A stretch of DNA of 64,000 bases from an uncultured Actinomycetes bacterium (GCA_963823255.1 CAWGKU010000003.1:22913-86912), one strand, 5' to 3'; shown: positions 39,623-49,847, numbered from the stretch's first letter. Notes: generated by a model from the sequence alone, not told the origin. Made by a program: numbers and translations.

Positions 39623-39979
39623 ATGGTGATCGTGAGCGACTGGCGGGAACAGGAGGTCCGCAACGAATCGCGTTCGCGCGACCGGAACGAGTGGATCGCC
39701 GAGACGCGCGGGGCGGTGGCACTCGAGCACGAGACCGAGGAGGACTTCGTGTGCGAGTGCAGCGACGCGGCCTGCCGGTCGCGGATCCACCTGACGCGGC
39801 TCGAGTACGAGGCCGTCCGCGGGTATCCGACGCGGTTCGCGATCGCCACCGACCACGAGAACCCCGAGGTCGACCAGCTGGTTTCCGAGGGTCAGCGCTT
39901 CACCGTCGTGCAGAAGATCGCCGGCCGCGCGGCGCGCATCGCTCGCGAGACGGACCACCGCCACCGCGACGCGTCGTAG
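39623..39979 (+). CDS. Conserved hypothetical Cys/His protein (RNE..FVCEC..C..LT..EYE.VR family)
   Basis: RNESRSRDRNE, FVCECSDAAC, LTRLEYEAVR..PTRF....H. Confidence 0.7.
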   Translation: MVIVSDWREQEVRNESRSRDRNEWIAETRGAVALEHETEEDFVCECSDAACRSRIHLTRLEYEAVRGYPTRFAIATDHENPEVDQLVSEGQRFTVVQKIAGRAARIARETDHRHRDAS

Positions 39980-40021
39980 GCGCCCGGCCGTCGTTGGGCC
40001 AGACCTCGGTATGGTCGTTGG

Positions 40022-40955
40022 GTGAGCGATCCCCGCACTCCGTCCGAACTGCTGATCGGCACGAGCGAGGGCGTGTTCGGTGTCGCCGGCGGCGAGCCTC
40101 GGCCCGACCCGAGCTTCGGAACGACCCGGGAGGTCTCGGCGCTCGCCGTGGGTGACGCCGGCGTGTGGGCCGTCGCCGAACGGCACGCGATCGTCCGGCG
40201 CGATCCGGAGGGGGCATGGACCGAGGTCGCTCGGAGCGAGCTCGAGCTCGTCTGCGCGGTCGCGACCTCGCAGGGCGTGTTCGTCGGCACGGAGGAGGCC
40301 CACCTGCTCCGGCTCGGCGACGACGGCGCCCTCGCACCGGTCGAGGCGTTCGAGACGATCGAGGGCCGGGAGACCTGGTTCACCCCGTGGGGCGGGCCGC
40401 CGGCCGTGCGTTCGATCGCCCAGGACCTCTCCGGGCGCCTCCACGCGAACGTCCACGTCGGCGGCATCCCTCGTTCCGTCGACGCGGGGGCGAGCTGGGA
40501 GGCGACGATCGACATCGACGCGGACATCCACCAGGTCGTCGCGCACCCGTCGGAACCCGATGTGGTGCTGGCCGCGGGCGCCGTCGGGCTCGCGGTGAGC
40601 GTGGACGGGGGAGCGAGCTGGCGCATCGAACGCGAGGGCCTGCACGCGACCTACGCCCGGGCCGTCGCGGTGGCCGGCGACCACGTCCTGCTCACCGTCT
40701 CCAACGGGCCGCGCGGCGGCCGGGCCGCGATCTACCGCACGACTGCTCGAGCCGGGGTCCGCGTTCGAGCGCTGCACCGTCGGGCTGCCGGAGTGGTTCG
40801 ACAGCAACATCGACTCGGGCTGGCTCGACGTCCGTGGTGGCGAGGTCGCGTTCGGCACGGGCGACGGCGAGGTCTACCGCTCGGACGACGCCGGCGAACG
40901 GTGGACGCGCGCGGCCACCGGCCTCCCGTCGATCCGCGCGGTGCGGTTCGCCTGA
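40022..40955 (+). CDS. BNR/WD40-like beta-propeller protein (frameshift near 40745)
   Basis: Asp-boxes SVDAGASW, SVDGGASW and (next frame) SDDAGERW. Confidence 0.8.
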
Positions 40956-40983
40956 GCGCTCGATCGTGCGCGCACGTCGCACG

Positions 40984-41835
40984 CTACGGGATCAGGCCGA
41001 ACACCGTCCCCGGCGCCCCCGAACCGTCCGCGTTGCGCGGGCTCCCCAGGACGACGTACGCGCCGGTCGGTGGGAGCGCGTCGAGGTTCGTCATGTTCTC
41101 GATCGTCAGCCGGTGCCTGCGCAGCGTGAGCCACGTCGGCAGGAACGCGGCGTCCGAGGACGGATCGGGTCCGAACGTGTCCGTCCCGAGCGCCCCGGTC
41201 TTCGCGAGCACACCCGTCCGGATCAGCCAACGGACGGCGTTGCGCGAGAACCCAGGCTGGTGGACGCCGGACATCCCGGTCCCGCAGTTGAAGTAGTTGG
41301 GATCGCCGTCGCGATCGCCCCGCGCCCAGAAGTCCGAGCATCCCGTGAGCAGCAGCACGGCGGCGCCCGCCGGCATCTGACCGAACTCGTCCTCCCACGC
41401 CCGCAGGTCGGCCACGCGGACGAGGTGGTCCGGGTCGTCGGCGACCTCGTCGCGCACGTCCACCACGACGGCGGGCAGCACGAGGTCGGACGGGGAGAGG
41501 TCGTCCATGCAGAGCGCGCCGTCGTGGAAGTGACACGGCGCGCTGTAGTGGGTCCCGGTGTGGGCGCCCTCGCGCACGAGCTCGAGGTAGAACCCGTCGT
41601 CGGGCACCGTGAAGACCGTGCGGATCGAGAAGGCGGGGTCGCCCGGGAACAGCGGCGTCGTGGCGGGATCGTTCACGTGGCTGAGGAACACCGCGCGCTG
41701 GAACGCGGGCAGCTGGACGGGCGCGCGTTCCGCGCTCGAGGCGTCCTGCCGCAACGCGGCGGACGTGGCCGCCCCCGCCACGAACAGGACCAGCCCCGAG
41801 ATCACCGCCACGATCCTGCGAACCGATGTCGACAT
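40984..41835 (-). CDS. Secreted cyclase family (KynB-like) hydrolase
   Basis: Signal peptide; HTGTHYSAPCHF, GTDTFGPD, TIENMTNL. Confidence 0.88.
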   Translation of the reverse strand: MSTSVRRIVAVISGLVLFVAGAATSAALRQDASSAERAPVQLPAFQRAVFLSHVNDPATTPLFPGDPAFSIRTVFTVPDDGFYLELVREGAHTGTHYSAPCHFHDGALCMDDLSPSDLVLPAVVVDVRDEVADDPDHLVRVADLRAWEDEFGQMPAGAAVLLLTGCSDFWARGDRDGDPNYFNCGTGMSGVHQPGFSRNAVRWLIRTGVLAKTGALGTDTFGPDPSSDAAFLPTWLTLRRHRLTIENMTNLDALPPTGAYVVLGSPRNADGSGAPGTVFGLIP

Positions 41836-41947
41836 CGCGTCCTCCTTCTCATCCGCCGGCGCGTTCGCCGGTGAGCGGACGCTAGCGCCGCCGGACCGCG
41901 GACGCGAGTCGAAGGGGTTCGGAGGTGGCCCGGGCGTCGCCCGGGTG

Positions 41948-42940
41948 CTACTCGTCGGTGCCGGACTCGACGATGTGGTCGGGCGTGTGGTGCGCGGCCG
42001 GGATCGTGCCCAGCTTGCCGGCCTGGTAGTCCTCGAACGCCTGCAGGAGCTCGTCCTTCGTGTTCATCACGAAGGGTCCGTACCAGGCCACCGGCTCCTT
42101 GATCGGACGCCCGCCGAGCACGAGCACCTCGAGCTCGGGCGAGCGCGACTCCTGGCCCTTCGAGGCCTCGAGCCGGATCGCGTCGCCGGGTCCGAACGCC
42201 ACCAGCTGCCCGGTCGAGACCGCCACCTTCTCGGTGCCGGCCGAACCCGCCCCGGCGAGGACGTAGGCGAGCGCGTTGAAGTCCTCGCGCCACGGGAGCT
42301 CGAGTGCCGCGCCCGGTGCGAGCGTGACGTGCAGCATCGTCATCGGCGTGTAGGTCTGCCCCGGCCCGGCGTGACCGGCCACCTCGCCGGCGATCACGCG
42401 GACCAGCGCGCCCGCGTCCGGTGAGGAGAGCAGCGACACCTCGGTCGCGCGCAGATCCTGGTAGCGCGGCGGCGCCCACTTCTCGGCCTTCGGGAGGTTG
42501 ACCCAGAGCTGGATGCCGTGGAACAGCCCGCCCGAGACCACCAGGTGCTCCGGCGGCTTTTCGATGTGCAGGATCCCGGCCCCGGCGGTCATCCACTGCG
42601 TGTCGCCGTTGGTGATCGTCCCGCCCCCGCCGTTCGAATCCTGGTGCTCGAAGATCCCGTCGATGATGTACGTGACGGTCTCGAACCCGCGGTGCGGGTG
42701 CCACGGCGTGCCCTTCGGCTCGCCGGGCGCGTACTCGACCTCGCCCATCTGATCCATGTGGACGAACGGGTCCAGGTCGGACAGGTCGACGCCGGCGAAC
42801 GCCCGCCGGACCGGGAACCCCTCGCCCTCGAGACCGCTCGGGGCGGCGCTCACGCCTCGGACACGGCGGAACCGCGCGTCCGGGGCCACGGGCGGGACGC
42901 GGTCCAGGGTGGTCGGGTCGTCGACGGTGATGGCGGGCAT
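41948..42940 (-). CDS. Pirin family protein
   Basis: EGEGFPVRR, DPFVHMDQ, WHPHRGFETVTY, MTAGAGILH.E, YGPFVMNT. Confidence 0.95.
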   Translation of the reverse strand: MPAITVDDPTTLDRVPPVAPDARFRRVRGVSAAPSGLEGEGFPVRRAFAGVDLSDLDPFVHMDQMGEVEYAPGEPKGTPWHPHRGFETVTYIIDGIFEHQDSNGGGGTITNGDTQWMTAGAGILHIEKPPEHLVVSGGLFHGIQLWVNLPKAEKWAPPRYQDLRATEVSLLSSPDAGALVRVIAGEVAGHAGPGQTYTPMTMLHVTLAPGAALELPWREDFNALAYVLAGAGSAGTEKVAVSTGQLVAFGPGDAIRLEASKGQESRSPELEVLVLGGRPIKEPVAWYGPFVMNTKDELLQAFEDYQAGKLGTIPAAHHTPDHIVESGTDE

Positions 42941-43032
42941 GTCCCTGTCTCGAACCTCCCGGGTGCGCCGGCTATTCCGCCGGCCGAGCACCGAACGGCG
43001 ACGGCCGGTCGTTCGGGGTGGGCGACACGCTC

Positions 43033-43887
43033 CTACCCGACCATCATCGAGAGGGCGTCCTCCTCGACCTCGATCTCGAGGCCCGCCTCGCCCGCCAGCG
43101 CGAACACGACGCGCTGGACGATCGGCGGGGCGTTGCGGAGCCGGACACGCTTGCAGCTCTTCGCGATCTTGGTGACGGCGCGGTGCGCGCCGGCGTCGAA
43201 GAAGGTCGCCTCGGCGAGGTCGATCGTGACGGTGCCGACGCTCCCACGGCACGCCGTTGCGAGCAGGCTCGCGGTTCCCCGGTCGAGCTCCCCCGAGAGG
43301 TGCAGGACGCCATCGCGTCGTTCGACACGCAGTGGCGCCGACGCCGTGAACCCGGCCGAGCTCGCCGCCACCGAAAGCGGGTGGGCGCGTTCCGCGCGCT
43401 CGAGCGCTTCGGGTGAGAACCGACGCTGGTCGAACTGGCACAGCAGGACCGTGTCGCCCCGCTGCAGCACGCCGAGCTCGTGCGCCATGTCCTCGAGCTC
43501 CCACCAGACCTCGACGTCCCGTATCGTGCCCAGGCTCCACGCGCCCTCGATGAACAGGTGAGCCCCGGCGAACCCGTCGCGCAGCGCCGCGTCCACCGCC
43601 GCCTCGAGCGCGCGGACGTACATCTCGGGCTTGAAGATGTCGCCGGGGGCAAGGACCGGGGCGGCATCGACCACGATCAGCCCGCCGGGGTGCCGGTGCT
43701 GCGGCAGGCCCAGGCGGACGACGTCATCGGCGGGGCTCGCGGACAGGCACAGGGCTCGGGCGCCGGCCAGCTCCGCGTGCTCCACGAAGGCCCTCGCGAG
43801 CCAGGCCAGGTCGTCGTCCGTGCGCGTGAGCGCGTAGCCATGGTCGCCGGCCCGAAGGGCCGCGGGCGACGCGAGCGCCTCGATCAC
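43033..43887 (-). CDS. MEDS sensor domain + STAS domain protein
   Basis: GDHG..., LLCQFDQRRF...AHP (MEDS) followed by LSGELD...VTIDLAEATFFD (STAS). Confidence 0.82.
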   Translation of the reverse strand: MIEALASPAALRAGDHGYALTRTDDDLAWLARAFVEHAELAGARALCLSASPADDVVRLGLPQHRHPGGLIVVDAAPVLAPGDIFKPEMYVRALEAAVDAALRDGFAGAHLFIEGAWSLGTIRDVEVWWELEDMAHELGVLQRGDTVLLCQFDQRRFSPEALERAERAHPLSVAASSAGFTASAPLRVERRDGVLHLSGELDRGTASLLATACRGSVGTVTIDLAEATFFDAGAHRAVTKIAKSCKRVRLRNAPPIVQRVVFALAGEAGLEIEVEEDALSMMVG

Positions 43888-43933
43888 GCCCGCAGGATAG
43901 GCCGTGGTCTCCGATCCTGCGAACCGGCCCGGC

Positions 43934-45328
43934 TCAGCCCCCGAGGACGGCGTCCCCCCGCAGGTCGCGGAAGAGCGCCCGGGCGCGTTCGCCGAGCACG
44001 ACCACGCTCAGCCCGCCGATCGTGGTCCCGCTCCCGCTCGCGACCTCGTTGCGCACCCGGCTGGGCTCGAACCCCGGTGCGGCCAGCAGGAGCTCGAAGA
44101 TCTGCGCGAGGGACAGGTCGGTGTGGAGCGACCGGCCCCCGGCCAGCACCCAGGGCAGGAGCGCGGCCAGGTGGCCGTTCGCGACCTGCTTGCGCAGCGT
44201 GGCGAGGGCCGCGATCAGCAGTCGGCCCTGATTGAACGACCGGCTGAAGTCCCCGGCGGGCACGTCGTGGCGAGCCCGCGCGAACGCGAGGGCCTCGCTC
44301 CGGTTCAGGTGCTCGGGTCCTTGCTGGAAATGGGCCCCCGCCGACGCGTCGTCGATCGGATAGGGGATCTTGACGTCCAGGCCGCCGACCGCGTCGACGA
44401 GCCGTTCGAACCCGACGAACGCGGTGAGGACGTACGCGTCGATGTGGATGCCCGACACCTGCTCCACCGTCCGGACGAGCAGCTCGGGGCCCCCCTGGAC
44501 GAGCGCGGCGTTGATCTTGTTCGTCCCCGAACCGGGGATCGATACCCACGAGTCCCGAGGGATCCCCAGGATCGAGACGCGCCCCCGACGCGGGTTGACG
44601 CCGACGATGTGGAGCGAGTCGGCGCGGGCGTTCACGGGCGAGCGGCCGGGCCTGGCGTCGCTGCCGATCACCAGGACGAACAGGGGGCCGTTCGAAGGCA
44701 GACCGGGTGCGAACGCCGCCTGCGAGGCCTGCGGCTGCAGCTGTTCGGGCCGCGGGGTCCGGCCCCGGACGTCGTAGGAGACGATGCGCCAGGCGCCGTT
44801 AGACCTGCGGAGCACGTAGTCGCCGCGGTTCGTGACCGGCGCGTGCAGGTCTCCGGAGACCGCCGCCGCCTCGAACTCGGTGTCGGCGAACGCCGCGAGC
44901 GGGTTCCCGTTGACGTCGCCGAGGAACGTGAGGCTGACGGTGGCCCGCCGGGGGACCACCTCGTCGAGCTCCGAGCGGACCGGCCCGATCGTGAGGCGCC
45001 CGAGGTCGCGTTCGGCCTCATGCCGCGCCTCGCCGGAGAAGTGGGAGAACAGCGCCGGTCGATCCAAGGTCGGCGCGAGGAACGCCGTCTCGTAGAGGTC
45101 CTCGAGGTCGCGGCGGATCGCCTCGGCGGGTTCGGCGAGGTCCGCCGGTCGCAGCGTGCCGTTCTCGGTCTTCCCGGACGCCCGGACCAGCCGCATCTTC
45201 AGCTGCGGCGCGGGCGCCGAGGGGCCGGTCGAGCTCGACGTGCCGGTCGGATGGGCCGGCGGTTCGACGGCGTCGGAGGAGGTGCAGGACAGGCTCGCGG
45301 CCGCGACCGCGAACAGGAGACCGACCAC
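43934..45328 (-). CDS. LCP (LytR-CpsA-Psr) family protein with N-terminal extension
   Basis: LVIGSDAR, ARADSLH, IPRDSWV, KINAA, ALAFARAR..GDFSR..NQ; lipobox-like ASLSC; start uncertain. Confidence 0.88.
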   Translation of the reverse strand: MVGLLFAVAAASLSCTSSDAVEPPAHPTGTSSSTGPSAPAPQLKMRLVRASGKTENGTLRPADLAEPAEAIRRDLEDLYETAFLAPTLDRPALFSHFSGEARHEAERDLGRLTIGPVRSELDEVVPRRATVSLTFLGDVNGNPLAAFADTEFEAAAVSGDLHAPVTNRGDYVLRRSNGAWRIVSYDVRGRTPRPEQLQPQASQAAFAPGLPSNGPLFVLVIGSDARPGRSPVNARADSLHIVGVNPRRGRVSILGIPRDSWVSIPGSGTNKINAALVQGGPELLVRTVEQVSGIHIDAYVLTAFVGFERLVDAVGGLDVKIPYPIDDASAGAHFQQGPEHLNRSEALAFARARHDVPAGDFSRSFNQGRLLIAALATLRKQVANGHLAALLPWVLAGGRSLHTDLSLAQIFELLLAAPGFEPSRVRNEVASGSGTTIGGLSVVVLGERARALFRDLRGDAVLGG

Positions 45329-45339
45329 CGCGATCCTGG

Positions 45340-45729
45340 TCAGTGGAACGGTGGGGGCTCCTTGTCGAACTCCTCGTAGTGCCGGGCCAGGTGCAGGTAG
45401 ACGTCCTTGCGGTCGCCGTCGGGGATGTCCACGCCTCCGCGCGAGCCCATCAGGACACCCATGGCCGAACGCGCCCCGTTCCAGACCACGCGCAGACGTC
45501 CGTCGACGAGCTCATGGTGGGGCAGCTTATACGCCCCCTTCTCGTTCGGGGGGTCATCGCCCTGCTCATCCTGCGAAGGGTCGTACCAGGCATGAGCGTC
45601 CGCGAACAGCGGCCAACCGCCGGCCTCGATGATCGCGTCGGACTTCTCGGTCTCGGCCTTCCCGTGCCAGTCCCAGGGTCGATCGTCCGGCGCCTTCGGG
45701 CTGGCGTGTGGTTCGGGTACTCGACCCAT
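45340..45729 (-). CDS. Conserved hypothetical protein (YKLPHH...GSRGGVDIP...HY.EF.KEPP domain)
   Basis: GGAGGT SD; distinctive motif set recalled from phage head-maturation-associated proteins. Confidence 0.65.
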   Translation of the reverse strand: MGRVPEPHASPKAPDDRPWDWHGKAETEKSDAIIEAGGWPLFADAHAWYDPSQDEQGDDPPNEKGAYKLPHHELVDGRLRVVWNGARSAMGVLMGSRGGVDIPDGDRKDVYLHLARHYEEFDKEPPPFH

Positions 45730-45749
45730 CTCATCCACCTCCTGCGGGT

Positions 45750-45777
45750 GGGGGAGCGGCCCGTGGGCCGCTCCCCC
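45750..45777 (-). terminator. 12-bp perfect hairpin downstream of the PRC-barrel gene
   Basis: GGGGGAGCGGCC-CGTG-GGCCGCTCCCCC. Confidence 0.5.
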
Positions 45778-45798
45778 GATGATCCCGTCGCGACCGAG

Positions 45799-46161
45799 CT
45801 AGGAAGCCCGGCGGATGTCCTCGCCGTAGTAGGCGTCCAGACGGGTTCGGTACTCGTCGTCACGCCAGCCACGGTCGGGGTCGAACTCGGGCGAGTTCTT
45901 GATCTGGTCCTTCGTCATCGCGACGTGGACCTTCTTCTCGTTCAGGTCGATCCGCTCGGTCGCGCCGGCCGGGATCACGACCTTGCGGCCGAAGATCCAG
46001 GGACCGGTGTCGACCACCACGGCGGCGCGTCCGACCTCATCGGTCATCTCGTCGATCTTGCCGATCTTGCCGTCGCGCGCCTCGACCTCGTAGCCCACGA
46101 TCTCGTGCGTGGGGACGACGTCCTTCCGGAACGTCCAGAGTTCGGCGTACACGGGCACCAC
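45799..46161 (-). CDS. PRC-barrel domain protein
   Basis: GYEVEARDGKIGKIDE, VVDTGPWIFGRKVVIPAG, TKDQIKNSPEF. Confidence 0.9.
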   Translation of the reverse strand: MVPVYAELWTFRKDVVPTHEIVGYEVEARDGKIGKIDEMTDEVGRAAVVVDTGPWIFGRKVVIPAGATERIDLNEKKVHVAMTKDQIKNSPEFDPDRGWRDDEYRTRLDAYYGEDIRRAS

Positions 46162-46214
46162 CCCTTTCCTCGTGCGGTCTGTGGTGGTACCCGTTCCGCG
46201 CGGGTCCTACGCGT

Positions 46215-47057
46215 TCAGACGACGATCTCTGCGCCCTCCGCCGCGGAGATGCATCGATCGTCGTCCACGCCCCAGCGAGCCACGACGTCCTCGCGCATCG
46301 CGTCGAGCTGGTCGTCCGGGTGCATCGGATCGTGATGGAACAGCACCAGCCGGTCGACCTCCGCCTTCTCGGCGAACCGTGCGACGTGTTCGGTGGTCGA
46401 ATGGCCGAACCCGGGGCGGTCCTCGTACTCCTGCGGCGTGTACTGGCAGTCGTGGATCAGCAGGTCCGCGCGGTGGGCGAGCGCGAACCCCGAGATCCAA
46501 TCGGGAGGATCGGTCGCGAGGTTGGCGCCCAGGGCGGGTTCGTGATCGGTGAGATACGCGAGGACCCGGCCCTTCGACTCGATCCGGTAACCCACCGTCG
46601 GACCCGGGTGGATGATCGCGTTCGAGGAGAACCGCGCCCCATCGATCTGCCACTCCGACTCGGAGGCGTCGTGGTACTCGATCGTGGCCGGTACCTCGGA
46701 CAGATGCACCGGGAACAGCGGCGGTGAGAAGTACGTCGCGATCCGCTGCTCGAGCGAGGCGACGGGCGACGACGGACCCCAGATGTGCAGCTCGGTCTCC
46801 TTGCGCCAGATCGGCTCGAACATGCCGAGTCCCTCGAGATGGTCGACGTGCAGGTGGGTCAGGAGGAGGAACATGCGTTGGGCGCCCTCGCGGACGAGCC
46901 GGACGCCGAGCTCTCGGATGCCGGTACCCGCGTCCAGGATCACGACGTCGCAGTCCGGCGGCCGGAGCTCGATGCACGAGGTGTTGCCGCCGTAGCGCTT
47001 CGTGTCCTCGCCCGGCGATGCGATCGACCCGCGGCTCCCCCAGATCCTGCCCTTCAC
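46215..47057 (-). CDS. MBL-fold metallo-hydrolase (phosphodiesterase-like)
   Basis: WGSRGS, GGNTSC, DAGTG, THLHVDHLEG, TDHE, HDCQY, GHS, FHHDP. Confidence 0.9.
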   Translation of the reverse strand: MKGRIWGSRGSIASPGEDTKRYGGNTSCIELRPPDCDVVILDAGTGIRELGVRLVREGAQRMFLLLTHLHVDHLEGLGMFEPIWRKETELHIWGPSSPVASLEQRIATYFSPPLFPVHLSEVPATIEYHDASESEWQIDGARFSSNAIIHPGPTVGYRIESKGRVLAYLTDHEPALGANLATDPPDWISGFALAHRADLLIHDCQYTPQEYEDRPGFGHSTTEHVARFAEKAEVDRLVLFHHDPMHPDDQLDAMREDVVARWGVDDDRCISAAEGAEIVV

Positions 47058-47467
47058 GGGCGGTCTTCTTCGATGGGCCACACCACCGAGAAGCTGCCGA
47101 CGAAGTCCTCCGTGTGCGCGAACAGAGGGAACGTGGCGGTTTCGACCCGGCGATCCTCACCGTCGGCCGTCCGGAAGGTCACGATGCCGTACGCCGGCTC
47201 CTGCTTCAGCATCGTCGTGCCGAGCGGCAGGTCCTGGACCCCGACCTCTACGCCCTCCTCGTCCCGCGGCTGGGTCCGGGAGAGCCACTCGTCGGCGGTC
47301 GAGCCCGCCCCCTCGATGAACGGACGTCCCGTCAGCCGCTCGGCCGCCTCGTTGTAGTAGATGATCGTGCCCTCGGGATCGAGGAGGAACACCGCCGTCG
47401 CGAGCTGCGCGGCGAACGCGCGCGCCAGGATCAGGACCAGGTTGTGCTGCTGGGGGGTCCGTTCCAC
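47054..47467 (-). CDS. Stand-alone PAS domain protein
   Basis: VFLLDPEGTIIYYNEAAERLTG; GTGA overlap with the MBL gene. Confidence 0.85.
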   Translation of the reverse strand: MERTPQQHNLVLILARAFAAQLATAVFLLDPEGTIIYYNEAAERLTGRPFIEGAGSTADEWLSRTQPRDEEGVEVGVQDLPLGTTMLKQEPAYGIVTFRTADGEDRRVETATFPLFAHTEDFVGSFSVVWPIEEDRP

Positions 47468-47566
47468 GCGGTGAGCCTAGTACGAAGGTCGGGGGTCCGT
47501 CGGTCCCTCGGCAGCCCCCGAACGGCGGATGTGTCGGGCGGCGCAAGCGCCTCCCCTCGGTGCACC

Positions 47567-47761
47567 ATGGACACGATCAGACGGCTGTTCGCGCGACTCG
47601 TCGTCCCGATCCGAGAGGATGACGGCTCGATCGCGACCGAGTACGGCCTCACGCTGCTGCTGATAGCGCTCGCGATCATCTTGGCGGCCACCGCCTTCGG
47701 TCTCGCGGTCGCCGGCCTGTTCGACCGTGCGACGATCGTCATCCCGGTCAGCGGCAGCTAG
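47567..47761 (+). CDS. flp: Flp family type IVb pilin
   Basis: REDDG|SIATEYGL prepilin cleavage site with E+5/Y+6, then a hydrophobic helix; 64 aa. Confidence 0.8.
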   Translation: MDTIRRLFARLVVPIREDDGSIATEYGLTLLLIALAIILAATAFGLAVAGLFDRATIVIPVSGS

Positions 47762-47876
47762 GAGACAGGGCCGCTCCTTCCACCCGCGCCACCCGTCTCC
47801 GCTCCGACGTATCCTCTTGGCGTTCCGTCTTGATGTCCCGGCCCGTGTTCGATCCGTGGGAGAGGAAGGTCCGAGC

Positions 47877-49031
47877 GTGGAGCGCACCACCGACTTCTGG
47901 CTCCAGCCCGCCGAACACGCCTGGCGTCCGCGTCCCACCCTGACCGGACGCGACCACACGAGCTTCGAGGTCTGGGACGAGGAGCGCGAACGGATCTGGT
48001 GGGGGGACTGGGTCGCGTTCGGGCGTTCCGAGGAGGTCGCGGGCCAGGGCGACTACGTCGTCCGGGACGTGGCGGGGGAGTCGGTGTTCGTGGTCCGGGG
48101 CGCCGAGGGACGCCTGAACGGCTTCTACAACGTGTGTGCCCACCGGGGGACGAAGTTCCTGGACGACGACGACCGCGGGAACCGGCGCAAGGCGTTCACG
48201 TGCCCGTACCACGCGTGGACCTACGACCTGGACGGGCGCCTGATCGGCACCCCGAACGTGAAGGAGGACGAGCTGTTCGACCGGTCCTCGTACCCCCTGC
48301 ACCCGATCGGGGTCGACGAGTACGCGGGCTTCGTGTTCGTGAACCTCGCCGACCGGCCGCGGCCGCTGATGGACGCGCTCACGCAGGGGACCGAGTCGAT
48401 GACCGCGTTCGAACGGTTCGCGATGCAGGACCTGCGGGTCGGCGTCCGGCTCGTCTACGAGGTCGAGGCGAACTGGAAGATCATCGTCGAGAACTACAAC
48501 GAGTGCCTCCACTGCCCGACGGTGCATCCCGAGCTCGTCAAGGTGGTGCCGCTGTTCCGGTTCGGTGAGGTCTGGGACGACCAGATGCGTGACGGCGGCA
48601 ACGAGATGGTGGAGGGGGCGACCTCGTTCACGATCGAGGGGCGCTCGGAGCTCCCGCCGCTCCCCAGCCTGCTGCCCGAGGACCGTGGCCGGTACTACGG
48701 CTCGTACCAGTTCCCGAACCTGATGCTCAACCTGCATCCCGACTGCGTCATGTACTACCTCGGCTATCCGAAGGGTCCCTCGCACACCACGGTCGTCTCC
48801 GAGTACCTGTTCCCGCCGGAGGTGATCGCCGACCCCGAACGCTTCAGGCCCGAGCCGGTGGTCGAGCTGTGGGACCTGATCTCCAAACAGGACTGGGACG
48901 TGTGCGAGCGCGCGCAGACCGGCGTGGGCTCGCGCTCGTTCACGACCGGCGTCTACCCGCGGCAGGACCGGTTCCTGTACTCGTTCAACGAGGACTACCG
49001 GGTGCGGATGGGGCGCGAGCCGCTCGGCTAG
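47877..49031 (+). CDS. Rieske non-heme iron oxygenase alpha subunit (GbcA/choline monooxygenase-like)
   Basis: CAHRG...CPYHAW Rieske motif; NWKIIVENYNECLHCPTVHP; QDWDVCERAQTG. Confidence 0.9.
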   Translation: MERTTDFWLQPAEHAWRPRPTLTGRDHTSFEVWDEERERIWWGDWVAFGRSEEVAGQGDYVVRDVAGESVFVVRGAEGRLNGFYNVCAHRGTKFLDDDDRGNRRKAFTCPYHAWTYDLDGRLIGTPNVKEDELFDRSSYPLHPIGVDEYAGFVFVNLADRPRPLMDALTQGTESMTAFERFAMQDLRVGVRLVYEVEANWKIIVENYNECLHCPTVHPELVKVVPLFRFGEVWDDQMRDGGNEMVEGATSFTIEGRSELPPLPSLLPEDRGRYYGSYQFPNLMLNLHPDCVMYYLGYPKGPSHTTVVSEYLFPPEVIADPERFRPEPVVELWDLISKQDWDVCERAQTGVGSRSFTTGVYPRQDRFLYSFNEDYRVRMGREPLG

Positions 49032-49847
49032 GCGTCCGGGCCGGGGCTCGCGTCGCTCCCGCCCGCCGCGTCGCGTTCGGCGAGGATCCTGACCGTCTCG
49101 CTGCCGACGCGCGCGAGCCGCTCCATCTGCGCCGCACCGACGTCGAACGTGGCCTCGGCGTCGAACGACACCCGCCTCGTCCACCATCGCGAACACGTCG
49201 TCGGACACGACCGCCATCGCGCCGCCGCGCAGCCCCCAGATCCGCGCGAGGACCATCACGACGCTGGACTCCATCTCGGCGGCGAGGGCGTTCTGGCGCC
49301 GCGCGTCCTCATAGGTCTCGCGCGCCCAGGACTGGTGGTAGCCGCCGAACGCGACGCCCTCCTGTGGCGTGTAGAAGACGTCGGTCGACAACGTCGTCCC
49401 GACGTGGTGCGTCACGCCCAGGCCGCCGGCCGCCTCGATCGCCGCGGTCACCACGCCGTGGTCGGCTACGGCCGGGAACTCGAGCGGCGCGTACAGGCGG
49501 GACGCGCCGTCGTACCGCGCCGCCGAGTCGAAGATCGCGAGGTCGCCCACCCTGACGCGCGCCTGGAGCGAACCGCATGTACCGATCCGCACGAAGGTCG
49601 TCGCCCCCACCCGCGCGAGCTCCTCGAGCGCGATCGCGGTGGAGGGCGCCCCGATCCCGGTCGAGGTGCACGAGATCGGCGCACCCCGATAGGTCCCGGT
49701 GTAGGTCACGTACTCGCGGTTGCGGTTGACCTCGCGGGCCTCGTCCCAGTACGAAGCGACGATCGGAACCCGTCCCGGGTCGCCGGGCAGCAGCACGTAC
49801 GGGGCGACGTCGCCCGGCGCGAGCTTGACGTGGTACTGCAGGCTCAC
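49028..49847 (-). CDS. Uridine phosphorylase-like nucleoside phosphorylase, copy B (frameshift near 49170)
   Basis: LLPGDPGR, NREY, STGIGAPS, RIGTCGS, AAEMES. Confidence 0.88.

Noticed and set aside
47468-47566. c-di-GMP riboswitch upstream of flp
   Set aside because: A GC hairpin is present, but the conserved GEMM motif nucleotides are not recognisable.
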